Assembly: GCF_018350175.1 (NCBI RefSeq)
Contig: NC_058368.1
Span: 45,572,001-45,636,000 of the forward strand
Direction: 5' to 3'
DNA from: Felis catus
Taxonomy: Eukaryota
Length of the DNA stretch: 64,000 bases
The translations under genes and the position numbers were made by a program. Every line of letters starts with the position of its first letter. Position 1 is the first letter of the stretch. This document shows positions 38,687-50,553 of the stretch, one piece after another. A model generated the notes under the pieces. It was not told the DNA's origin. It was given only the letters and a program-made list of their open reading frames with translations, and did no database searches.

Positions 38687-40786
38687 ATAAGCCTTTGCCC
38701 CTGTCTTAAACTTTTATGAACTCATCACTAAACATGGTATTCTCATATTGCAAGATGGTATGTCTTGTGTTTTGTCCTCTAGTCATTTTGATGGGAACTC
38801 ATTGAGCCCTTGCATTCTGCAAATCTTGCAGAAAATATTTTTAAGAATTAAATCTCAAGAGTCTAGATAATGATAGCTCTCAATAAGTATTAATTTTTGC
38901 CCCTACTCCAATTTAGTTCACCCCATGTAGTGATTAAATTGTAATCACACAGTAGGAAACTCTAACTACTGATCCAGGGCAACAAGTTTAAGTTTTTGAT
39001 CCCTTTTAATATGCAAATCTCCCTAAGAAAGTTTTTATCAATAATTTATATGACAGTGTGAGAAAGTTTCAAGTATGTCTTAAGAAATTTTGTGTAGGGA
39101 GATAACAAGAATACAGAACTAAATTCAAGTGAGAAGTGTCTACAAAAAAAGGAAAAGTTAAAAAAAAATTTTTTTAAGGTAGACTACAAGGTCAGGGAGA
39201 AGTCAGATATTTCATCCTTCAACATTTGGTCTGGGTTAAGAACTTGGCTTCCTACAACCTCCATGATATGTTTGAATTGGTAAATGTTGGGTAATTTGCT
39301 ATAGGTACAGCCACTGGCAAAACTGACGCTTTATAGATTTATGAATTCAGATAACCTTATTCCTTCTTTTATTCAAAAGAAATCTAATTCTACACATAAA
39401 TCTTCAAGTTTGGGGGCCAACAATATATACCTAAGTGCATTTAAATATGATTTACCAACTAAGGAAACATACATTTTTGGACCTTTGTAGTGATGAGCTA
39501 AAAATGGAGGAATTGGATCTGAATCATTACTTGCCAAAGACTGATATTTTCCAAGTCTATGCAAATGTGCATAGTTTCTTCTCCATCAGAATAAAAAAAA
39601 TAACATGTATGAAGATGAAACACAGCACAAGAATGTATTCATGTATTATTCATATGGATAATTTGAGAATATGGGATGGCAGTGAATTTTATAGAAAACA
39701 AAAATAAATTATTTTATTCCTATAATTAATCATATCTATGTATAGACAGATGTATAAAAATGTGTCATCCTCCAAATTAAAATATTATAACATAATAAAA
39801 TATACTGGACTCTTTTTGCAATTACTCTTGAAATGCTCAAGGAATTTTCACATTGATTATCTCATTTGTTTACCCAACATTCCCATGAGGTGGGAACAAG
39901 TTATCAAACTGTGACATCTTTTTCAGAGATAGTATTTTTTAGGCTTTACTTTCAGTTACAGTATGGTTCATTTAATGACAGAAGGTAATTTTAGGGGAAA
40001 TTGTAGATATACCACTGTGGATACCATCTGCTTAAAAATATTCTCCATGACATATTCATCAGCAGTGTCTACTATGTAATTTGGTGGCAGAGCTCTTTTA
40101 AAAGTTTCTTACCTCGCAATTGTATAACAACTCCCTCCAAGCCCCTCGCCCCGAAAAAAAAAATCTGCACAAATTTGATTAAGCTGGTGGATAAAAACAG
40201 AACTGGTAACGGGAATGATAAAGGTGGAAAAAATTCAATACAATTCTTGATATTCAGGATTTCTATGAAATGCATGGATTTCAATACACCACACCAAAGA
40301 ATGGAGTCTTTGTTCTTTGTTTTCCAGATGGAAAAGAAAAGAAAACTGAAAGCTTTGCAAGATCTTTCAGTGAGATGCTTCTGACAAGTGATCAAATCAT
40401 TGAACACTTCTTCCTGAAAAATAATGTTCAGATGTAGTCTAAGTATACGCCCTGTGACAGCATGAACATCCTTTTCTCTGTGTTGACATTCATTCTAATA
40501 ATAGAAAATGTAGACAGAATATCTGACACCCCCACCAAACCAAAAGACTAACTTTATGTCTCTGAAATAAAATTCTTATTAATGGAAGTATTCTCACTGT
40601 TTAAAAATGGTTTTGAAACTACCTTTTTACTTTTGATTATATGTCACCAAAACATTAGGGATGTGGTAGATAAACACACAATGTAACTTAAAAAATAATG
40701 GTCTTATTTAGTAAGATTATAAATGTTGCCTAGTAAGATGATGGCCTCCTGTTATGGCATGACATTGATATAGGTAAAAATATAAA

Positions 40787-40940
40787 ATATATATATATGT
40801 GTGTATGTATATATATATACACATATATATTCATATATGTTTATATATATGTGTATATATGTATATGTATATATACATATACATATATATGTAATGTATA
40901 TCCATACATATATATATATATATATGTGTATATATATGTA
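40787..40940. repeat. Imperfect (TA)n/(TATG)n low-complexity tract
   Basis: Seen directly. Confidence 0.92.
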
Positions 40941-40959
40941 AATAGCTTTTCAGTGTTTC

Positions 40960-41580
40960 TATAAATAAAGGTACTTTTAAATTGGTTAACTTATTACTAA
41001 AGAAATTTTCAGGCACAATGAAGTAAAAGAATCGTATAAAGACTTTTCCTGTATCTGTCACCTAATGCTAATCTTACTTCCTCTAGCTCCTACCAATTAA
41101 CCACCTAGCACGGCACAGAGATTATTTTAAAGAAAGTTCCAAATGTCATATAATTTATCAGTAAATATTTTATATGTGTCTCTAAAAATATAGGTTTCTT
41201 AAACTCCATATTGCCAAATTTTCAAGTGTTAACAATTACTTTACTATGACCATTTGAGTTAGTTTCTCAGATTTCCCTAATTGTCTACTTTACTAATTGT
41301 TTGCTCCTAGTAAATCATACAATACAATCAGTTGATATCCTTACATCACTTTTAATGTGTAAATCTACCCTCCATTCTCTTTGTATTCCTTGCACTTTAT
41401 TTTTAAAAGTAGCCTGCCATTGCCAGGTTAGTGATTTTTTTCAGTGCATAGCTGTGGTCATTTTCAATTTTCCCTCTAATCCTTTTATTTCTTCTGTATT
41501 GATAGTTAACTAGTTAGATATATGATTCCTGTTTGATCACATTCAGATTTGATTTTTTTTTCTTTGACAAGAATCCTGGT
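40960..41580 (-). mobile_element. Old L1 (L1MC4/5-like) 3' UTR remnant
   Basis: ATTATTTTAAAGAAAGTTCCA...GTAAATATTTTATATGTGTCTCTAAAA...TCAGATTTCCCTAATTGTCT. Confidence 0.55.
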
Positions 41581-42379
41581 TGTAAGACTCCAAATCTTTG
41601 TAAAGAAGTATCAGTGAAAGAATACAGACTTTGGGACTAATGAAATCTGAATTGGATTTCTCTCCCAATTATTAGTTTTAGTGTCTGAACTTGGAAAATT
41701 ATATACCCTCTCAGTTTCCACAAATGCCCTTCCAGTGCCTTCTTCCACTTTATAAGTTCAATTTGTCATTGTTGAAATGACAACTTTTCCTCTGTAACTT
41801 TTTCTGATGCGATGGGAGGAAGATTTCAGTTTTAAAACCATTGGCAGGCAAGCTTTCATACAATCTTTGGCTATATGATAACTGACTTATATTATAGAGG
41901 TAGGGGTATTGTTAAAAAGATTGTTTTCTTCTTTCTGACTAGCTAAAAGTCCATTCATAGGTAAGAGTCAGATAGTATGTTATTCATTTTTGTTTCATTT
42001 TACACAAAGGACAGGTTGCAACAGGCAAAGCACAGCTGCAAGAAAATTTACCAAAGACTTGGTCAAGTGAAAAGACAATCCTGAAACCCTCCTCTGGTAA
42101 GTTTTCTGGTAAATTAAGTGCTGTTAATGGAGTCACAGATGAAAAGATGGTTTTCACCCAGAGTCTGATGTTGGAGGAATTACAGCTTTGGAGGTCCAAG
42201 CTCTTCAGGGTAAAACAAGAAAACTTAAGATTAATCTATCTGGAATTAACAACAATTGATGACATTTTTTATTTTATTTTTGCATATTTGTTGTTTACAT
42301 AATTATTATTATACACTATTCATATCTGACTTAGAGAATTCTAATATTTGCTGATATTTTTAATGATGAGTTATGATTT

Positions 42380-42595
42380 TTAAAATTTTTTAATGTTTAT
42401 TTATTTTTGAGAGAGTGTGAAAGAGAGAGAGAGAGCAGGGGAGGAGCAGAAAGAGAGGGAGACACAGAATCCAAAGCAGGCTCCAGGCTCTGAGCTGTCA
42501 GCACAGAGCCCGACACGGGCTCGGACCCATGGACCGCAAGATCATGACCTGAGCTGAAGTAGGATGCTTAGCCAACTGAGCCACCCAGGCACCCC
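42380..42595 (-). mobile_element. CAN-SINE
   Basis: Full body; TSD GAGTTATGATTT. Confidence 0.97.
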
Positions 42596-43419
42596 AAGAG
42601 TTATGATTTAAGGAGAATTTGAATGCTAGTATTTTAAAATTGAAAGAGGTTTTAATCATTTTTTTAAAATAATCTATTTTATGACTTGACTATACAACTG
42701 ATCATGCTACACTTCAGAGAGTAGTAAATGATGCTTAAAATACTTCTAAAACAATGGTCACAAAACAAACTGCATGATAAAGGTTTACTGAGTACAGGGG
42801 GAAAAATAGAATAATGAAAGTCCCGAAAACCTTATCATTTCAAGACTACTGAAGGAATTAAAGATATTTAAATCAAAAGCTAGGGTTTGGCCTGGACCCA
42901 ATTCTTGTTCATAAAATAAGCTGCCTTCTTCAATTTGAAAGGGTAGACTGTGAATGAGGGAGGGCAATTACATGTATAATAACTAAAAGTGGGAAAATAG
43001 GACAAATAGGAAAGAGCTAAAAAGCAGACTTAGTTATTCAATATATAAAAGAATTTTACAGTCATATGAGTTGACTCAAAACAAAATGGACTCTTTTCAA
43101 GCATCAACTAACAGCAGCTAATTTCCACGCAGATGGCAGTATTGTAGAGCCGGCTGTGGACCAAACATTAAGGCTGCTCATCTATCAATTTTTCAATGAC
43201 TCAGATTCTACATACTTCTCGATACACAGATAATCGCATGAATGGAAAGGTAAGCCTAAACAAGACCTTAGACAAAAATAATAGCCCAAGTGACAATAGT
43301 ACATTTATTTGGATAGTTTAATATATATTTGGAGTCAGACTGGATAATTCACTGAAAAGTACATACAAGGCCAACATTAAACATTTTACTTTCTATTTCA
43401 ATTTTAAAAGATACAATCA

Positions 43420-43647
43420 GGGGCGCCTGGGTGGCGCAGTCGGTTAAGCGTCCAACTTCAGCCAGGTCACGATCTCGCGGTCCGGGAGTTGGAGCCCGGC
43501 GTCAGGCTCTGGGCTGATGGCTCAGAGCCTGGAGCCTGTTTCCGATGCTGTGTCTCCCTCTCTCTCTGTCCCTCCCCCGTTCATGCTCTGTCTCTCTCTG
43601 TCCCAAAAATAAATAAAAACGTTGAAAAAAAAATTAAAAAAAAAAAA
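43420..43647 (+). mobile_element. CAN-SINE, young subfamily
   Basis: GGCGCAGTCGG / CAGCCAGGTCACG / GGGCTGATGG diagnostics; TSD TAAAAG(A/C)TACAATCA. Confidence 0.98.
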
Positions 43648-45411
43648 TAAAAGCTACAATCACTAACCTTTCTTAGTGTGTTCTGTTAGGAAATCTAGTG
43701 GTATGTTATTACAACTGTCAGAGTGAGAAATGTTGGCAAGCCATCAATTGGCATATGTGAACAGGGATCCTGGCTCTGATCACAAGGACAGACATTATCA
43801 ATTTGGAAAAATGGTTTTATACACCATTGGGTATGTTTTATTTATCTGTTTGTTTATGCTATGGCTGTAAGTCAAATACTTAACATTACTTGTTAAGGCA
43901 ACTAAAAGTAACTGTTCATTTCTGTGAGTGTAGCTTAGATTGGCTAAAATTTTCCATTCATACAGTCCTAAAAATTTAATAGATGAGTTACATGATCAAT
44001 TACAACTCCAAAATAATAATAACAAGCTAATGAAGCACATAATAAAACAGTTCCTCACATTCATCCAAATGAATGATTAAACTCTGTGTTTATGCATTTA
44101 CTTTTCAATTGCATGATGTGCTAGTTTAGTAATAAAATACACTCTAGCTTATATTAAATTAATAAAGTAGTGAATATTCCCCTTGAAGGATGGTAGGGAA
44201 CACTAGAAAGAACATTAGTGAAATCCTAAAATCCTTTGATTTCACCAGATTTTTCTCAAGGCAAAAATCATCTATTTATCAGATATGTCACCTTTAGACC
44301 ATTATATAAATGATAGTTGGAATTGCTATTAGGTAGACAACTATTCTATGTAATTTAGAATCCAAAGTTTAAATGACTTCTTAACTTTCTTGGGGGGGGG
44401 CTTCTCTCCTACTCTTGCATACTACTTGAAAAAAATATTACAGACACCTATATATTGATAATGAGATAATGGTGTGAAGCAACAAAAATAGCACTTATTT
44501 GAATTTAATATCTACCCCTCACTAGTTGCATGATTTTAGGCAAATCACTTCAGCCCATTGTCTTTTGCACAGGAGTACTCACATTCGGCCATGTTTAAAA
44601 TCTTTTTTATATCCTAAAGTTCTGTGTTTAATATTTGGGAAAAGAACTACACTAAACATCAGAGCATGGGACTCGGGCAAAGCTCTGAGCCATAGTTCGC
44701 AGGAATAGCTCAGAGAATTACCATGTGGTAGACAGAATTCAAAGGAGTGAAAATGTGGGAAAAGATGGGTATAGAAGTAAGAGAGAAATAACGAGTTTCA
44801 AGAATATAAATTAAATACTTATTTTGCAGTTTTAAAAAATCACATTATCACTTTATGCTTGAGAATAGAAAAGGGAAGGAAGAAGGAACTAGTATTACTT
44901 AAAACACTGAACACATCGAAGAAACCATGTATTAGAAATCTTTTTACTCCTCACCAAATTGGGTGCAAAACGTGTAATGATTCCCTTTTGCTTTTGGAGC
45001 AATAGGCATGGAGCTGATAAGTAATGCCAAAGTGCATAAAGAGGCAAATGTAGAAGCTGGATTTTCAAACCATGTCTAATGCCATAGTCCATTTTCCTTC
45101 CACTGTATTCTAACATGCCACACTCCAATTTTTCCACTGATCTAAAGATAGAAGATCAGGTACGATGGAGTATGCCTATCTGTCCTCTAATTCCATACTA
45201 AAAAGACTTAACCAAAGTTAGTGATTTGTGAAAATCAAACCCTGTGAAAGCAAAATACATGTAAATCATCATTAACATCATCAACAACACTACATCTCTA
45301 TCAGAGTAACAAATATATTTAATGTAATTTTTGTCTATATGTGTAGTATGTTACTATCAAGGAAATGTGCCGTCAGAGACACTGAAGCTGGCTATTAAAA
45401 AATGTATCTTT

Positions 45412-45626
45412 GGGGCGCCTGGGTGGCGCAGTCGGTTAAACGTCCGACTTCAGCCAGGTCACGATCTCGCGCTCCGTGAGTTCGAGCCCCGCGTCGGGCT
45501 CTGGGCTGATGGCTCAGAGCCTGGAGCCTGTTTCCGATTCTGTGTCTCCCTCTCTCTCTGCCCCTCCCCCGTTCATGCTCTGCCTCTCTCTGTCCCAAAA
45601 ATAAATAAACGTTGAAAAAAAATTTT
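45412..45626 (+). mobile_element. CAN-SINE, young subfamily
   Basis: Intact A box TGGCGCAGTCGG and B box GAGTTCGAGCC; TSD AAAAATGTATCTTT at 45398-45411 and 45627-45640. Confidence 0.98.
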
Positions 45627-47369
45627 AAAAATGTATCTTTAACCATTATGCCTTCACTTAGTTCAATACAGAAATGACCTATGTTTTTAAGTGGTCAATT
45701 ATACACTTAAGATTACTAAGCCAAACAAAAAACTCCTTAGTGTGGATACTTATGTGGTAGGCCACCATATAAACAAACATATTTTAGAATGAGAAAATGA
45801 GTAGACACATGTAATAAGCCTACTCAAATATTATGAAAGCAATTAAAAATATTTATAGACCATGTCTTATGAAACCAAAATACAACTTTTTTTTTCTGGG
45901 AGACAACTTTATTGTAAATAGCATAGTTAATGCCATACATTCATCATATTCTGTACTAATTGGTTTTTTTCCCTTCCTAGGATCTGCGAAATAGTTTTGA
46001 GTAGCAAAGTCAACAACATTTAACATGATTAAAACTGCATTCTTAATAAGAATTGTATTCTAACTTGTATTAATGTTTATTTTAAAATGTTCCTGAACTG
46101 TGGAGCCATCTGTTTTATGCCTGTTATGGCACTGAAGTTCTAGAATCCTAGCACTCCAGGGAGATCATCATTTTTGTTCATGATATAAGAGGCATGCTAC
46201 AGTTCATTCAAAATAAATAGTTTGATTCAAGCTCCAAAGTAACTGGGAAGAAACTATTGATAAAATTAAAAACTGAGGCTTCTTTTCAGTCTAAATCTTT
46301 TTCTATGATCTACATTCCCAGTGAATTCAAAATAAGTGACTAGGTCATAAATTTCCTGGTCTTGACAGGGAAAAAAGATCTTAAGTCAGTCAATGAGTCA
46401 CATATTTGAACTTCTAAAATTTTCACTAAAACAGCAGCAATATTCTTTTGAGTATATGACTTTCAAATCACCTTTTGAGCATATTGAAATCAATTAAACA
46501 ATAAGTATATTCTCATTTACAAAAGAAATCAATCAGCTGTCATTTTTGATTGATTATTCTTAGTTGGAGTGGTATTTAATCTATGAATTTATCACATTTT
46601 TCAACTACTATAAAATGGCATATGAATTAGAAATGATGTCTCATAGTAAATGGACAAAAAATCCAGTTCTCTCTCAACACTTTTTGTGAAGTCTTCTTTG
46701 AACCATGTGATCAGTTATTATTAAGGAGAGTAGGTTATTTTTGTTAAGCATAAAATACCCACTATGCTATCAAGGACATAAAAATTAGCAAAAATTGAAC
46801 CTAAAATATGTACCCAGGGAAAACTAAGCTAATTTGTATTTTATGAATATGATCTAAGATTCTTTAGAAAGAATTTTTTTTATCAATTTCCAAAATGTAG
46901 AAATTCTCTTTCTTTAGAGAAATATGGTAACCACACCATTGCCATTAAAAATGCAGCTTAACGGACATTTATTTTTTTCACTGGAAACCCCCTTCATTGA
47001 CACTCCCCAATCTCCAACCCCAAAAAGACAATGCTTCTCAACTGTAAATATTTATTTTAGCATTGCACCTTTGTCTCTGGGAAGAAAAGCAAAAGCAAGA
47101 ACTGCATGACAGCTGGAGAATAAGAATGAGAATAAAAGAATTTTACTAAATTTGAGTGTTCTTTTCATAACAAGCCAAGTAAAATTTTATTTAATACATT
47201 TTATATTCAGTTTATAGAGAGGACAGGTTGATGAAACTAGTAAGGAAATGGCACATGGTCACTGTATCTATTTCTATGTTCATAGAAAGAGAAGGAAATG
47301 AAGTTGTATTAACCTACAATTAAAGGTGTGATTAAATAATCAAAAAGAGGTTTGAAATGAGAGAAGGGG

Positions 47370-47600
47370 GCAGCATTTATTTAGACTCTACTATGTGCCA
47401 TGGTTTGAGGTCACCATGGCCTATACATTATTTCATACAATGTTCTCAATTATTTTCCAAAGTGTTCATAACTATCTCCATTTTATAGATAGGTAAACCA
47501 GAGATCAGATTTAAGAACTCGCCAAAATTTCCACAGCTAGTAAGTGGCATATGGGATTTGTATCAAAATCAGTCTGACTAAAAGCTTATTTTCCCTTTGC
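47370..47600 (-). mobile_element. MIR
   Basis: CTACTATGTGCCA...CTCCATTTTATAGATAGGTAAAC...CACAGCTAGTAAGTGGCA. Confidence 0.85.
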
Positions 47601-47853
47601 ACCAAAAATGCAGATTATTAAATATACATATGACAGTTGAGTCCAAGCTCCTGAAAAGATCCTAATGGGAAAACAAGGCAATTCAAAAAAAAAATGGTAA
47701 TTCTTATTATATATTCATTATATTTTAGTTTGTAGTGGAAGGATTCCTGTTTCTGATTAAATAAATTAGGGGAAATGATTAACTCAGGGATTATTTCACA
47801 GACTCACTTTAACTTTTATCACTAAAGAACCAAATGATCCAACTGAAGTGTAT

Positions 47854-47857
<4 letters not shown>

Positions 47858-47907
<50 letters not shown>
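47858..47907. repeat. (TG)n microsatellite, about 25 units
   Basis: Seen directly, perfect. Confidence 0.98.
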
Positions 47908-47908
<1 letters not shown>

Positions 47909-48261
47909 TTTACATTGAATATTTGGATGGAAAAATCATTCAAAAATCTATCTAAATCGGTAATACAAAGTCAGAATTAAGACCAGTAATTTTTGTCATA
48001 AAGCAATTAAACAATAGGAATCTGCATATTTTATTTCAGATTTCACACTTTTGTGGTTACACATTTTATATGCGCACTCTCACTGCACCCTAAGCTTTTT
48101 GAGAAGTATAGCCAAGATTAAATGGGAGACAATGATGTGTACTGGATATGCTTAAAATATATTTGCAGTGTAAATCAAATACCATCACAAGATAGCACTA
48201 TAAAACAAAGTTTAGAGTAATAACTCAGAGATCTCATTCTTAAACAGTAATACTACCAGAA

Positions 48262-48384
48262 TTTTTTTTCTTTTTTTAAAGTAGGCTCCACACTCAGCAT
48301 GTAGCCCATCACAAGCCTCGAACTCATGACCCTGAGATCAAGACCTGAAAACTAAGATGCTTAACTGAGATATCCAAGCGTCCC
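48262..48384 (-). mobile_element. Short CAN-SINE lacking the CT tract
   Basis: TTTAAAGTAGGCTCCACACTCAGC...CTCGAACTCATGACCCTGAGATCAAGACCTG; TSD-like CCAGAA(A)TTTTT. Confidence 0.88.
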
Positions 48385-50538
48385 AGAAATTTTTAACAAA
48401 AATATGTTGGCAATAGGAATTCATGGATATTAGGCCATTCAATTGCAGTTTTCTTTGTTGTCTTTTATAGTAAAAATATACCTCTCTGAAATATTATAAT
48501 AGGATAAAGGAAACCATCAGATCATGTTATATAGCAAAATACTCTAAGTAGAATTAATAAAATCATATACTTAACTAAACAGTATACTAATTAAGTCCTA
48601 ATAGCCTCTCACAAAATCAACGAGGGAGAGTACAATATGTTTACATTTTCTCCTATGGTAGATGTTGTTTTGGAATTCCTTACAGAAAATGTTTCCCCCA
48701 AGCGATATACACAGGTTGGAAGAGATTAAAAATAAGCAATAGTCATAGAACATATGGTAAATTTAAGAACGTGTTGCTCTAAACTCATTATCCAAATATT
48801 TGATATTTAGTGTAATATATTTTTTTTCTCAAACCTTCACAAAAGGTCATTATAAAATTATTTACCACTTCAGTCTTCAAAATATTTTACAAACTCTATC
48901 CCATTTATAATATGAAATATGTATTCAGCTAAACTCCAAGATATAAAGGAGAATAGCACTCTGCTTAAATTATTTTCTTTATAATCAAAACCTAGAAAAA
49001 TCACACGGAAATAGTTAAATGTATTTTTTCCAGCTGTATCTGTTTGCATGGAAAAACCTTTGATAACGAACTAGACAACAAAGTTTTTTATAAAGTTTTC
49101 AAAGTGTAATAAAATGCTGTACTGTAAATCCAAAGTGACCTGCAAAACTCAGGGGGAAAGTGAATATGATCTCTTTCCAGTTATTCTGGCAGAGACAATA
49201 TAATTTTTGAACTTCCTGACAGCTCTATTGCTTTCGCTACCCTGAGCTGGCAATGTGTTACCGGTGCCTTCATCGAGAAATGTTCTTTCACATAACATCG
49301 CAAAGTCAAGATTTCAAGATTTCCCCTATCGTGTGTTTATGGCACTCTGGCTTGAAAAAGAGCAAAGTGAATTAGCTCAAAACAGACAAGAATTAAAGGT
49401 TAATAGTAGCAAATTAGCATTCTCTTCATGTTTTTTCAGGCCTAAAACGGTGCTATTTTTCAAATCCTCAGTGATGAAAACATTTTCATTTTTAAACGGA
49501 AACGTATTTGTGCTGCATAGGGAAAGACATGTAGAAAATTTAAACTGAGACCTCGTGGAAGTAGACTGAGCCTCTCCATCGTATTTCATATTAAAAAATT
49601 AACAAATAGTGACTAGTTGAGTAAGAGGCAGTCCATGGGCAAAACAGTACTGCCTATTCATTTTTTGTCTTTTGACAATTTAAAACATATGGCTGAAAGT
49701 AACAGGAAATTGATTTCTTCCCTTCACAAATTAAGAAAATAATGACATTTCTAGAGCTTTTAAAGGACACTCAAAAGAGTCTAGCAAAATAGTTTTTATT
49801 ATAAATTCAATTATTATGCTATACATCCAATGTTGTACCGATTCTATTCACAAGCTTGCATGTAATATTACGCTTCAGGACAAGGTATACAAAAATAAAT
49901 GGAAAAAAAAAAGTTTGATTCAAATTTACGTCAAGTGTTTTGCTTGGAGTGTGTACTATACAGAACAATTAACTTAAAAGGATCAAGTCCATGAGGAAAG
50001 GAAGACTATCAGAGGAGAATGCAAGGAAGGAAATGTTTTGCAGATGTACTGCATTTAAATTAATAAAATCTCATTAGGTTTTATGTTTGCCAATAAAGGC
50101 TGGAAAAGTTACCATACATTGTAGGAACAATTACCCAAATCTTCACTGTCTCATTAGGTTTGTCATACTGTTTTCATTATAATACATTAGAACTTGCAAG
50201 TGAGCCTTCAGTAATGACATATTGTTCCAATTCTCCTTTCAGCAGGCTCTAAGATATTTTAGTATTTGTGCTATAAGCCAGCAGGTGTCTTCACTTTGCT
50301 TTTTCTGAATCAGTTTTATACACAGACCTCCAGACACAGAATGGAATGTAAAAGGGCTTTCAACAACCACATAAAACTGAGTCTGATTAGAGTAAAGCAA
50401 TACACACTATTTTTATGATTTTATGGTAATTCAAGACACTAAAAATGTGCACCTTTAGAGTATATGTCTGCTCTGGTAAGACCTGTTAGTGAAAGCTGTA
50501 TTAATGTAGACAAACCATGCAGTATATAAAGTTTAAAG

Positions 50539-50553
50539 ATTTGCATAACAAAT
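50539..50553 (-). promoter_or_regulatory. Sox-Oct (SOX2-POU) composite motif
   Basis: Minus strand ATTTGTTATGCAAAT versus canonical CTTTGTTATGCAAAT (14/15). Confidence 0.45.

Noticed and set aside
43126..43140. Second CTCF-like motif CACGCAGATGGCAGT
   Set aside because: Mismatch at a highly conserved C of the core; better read as a plain CAGATG E-box.
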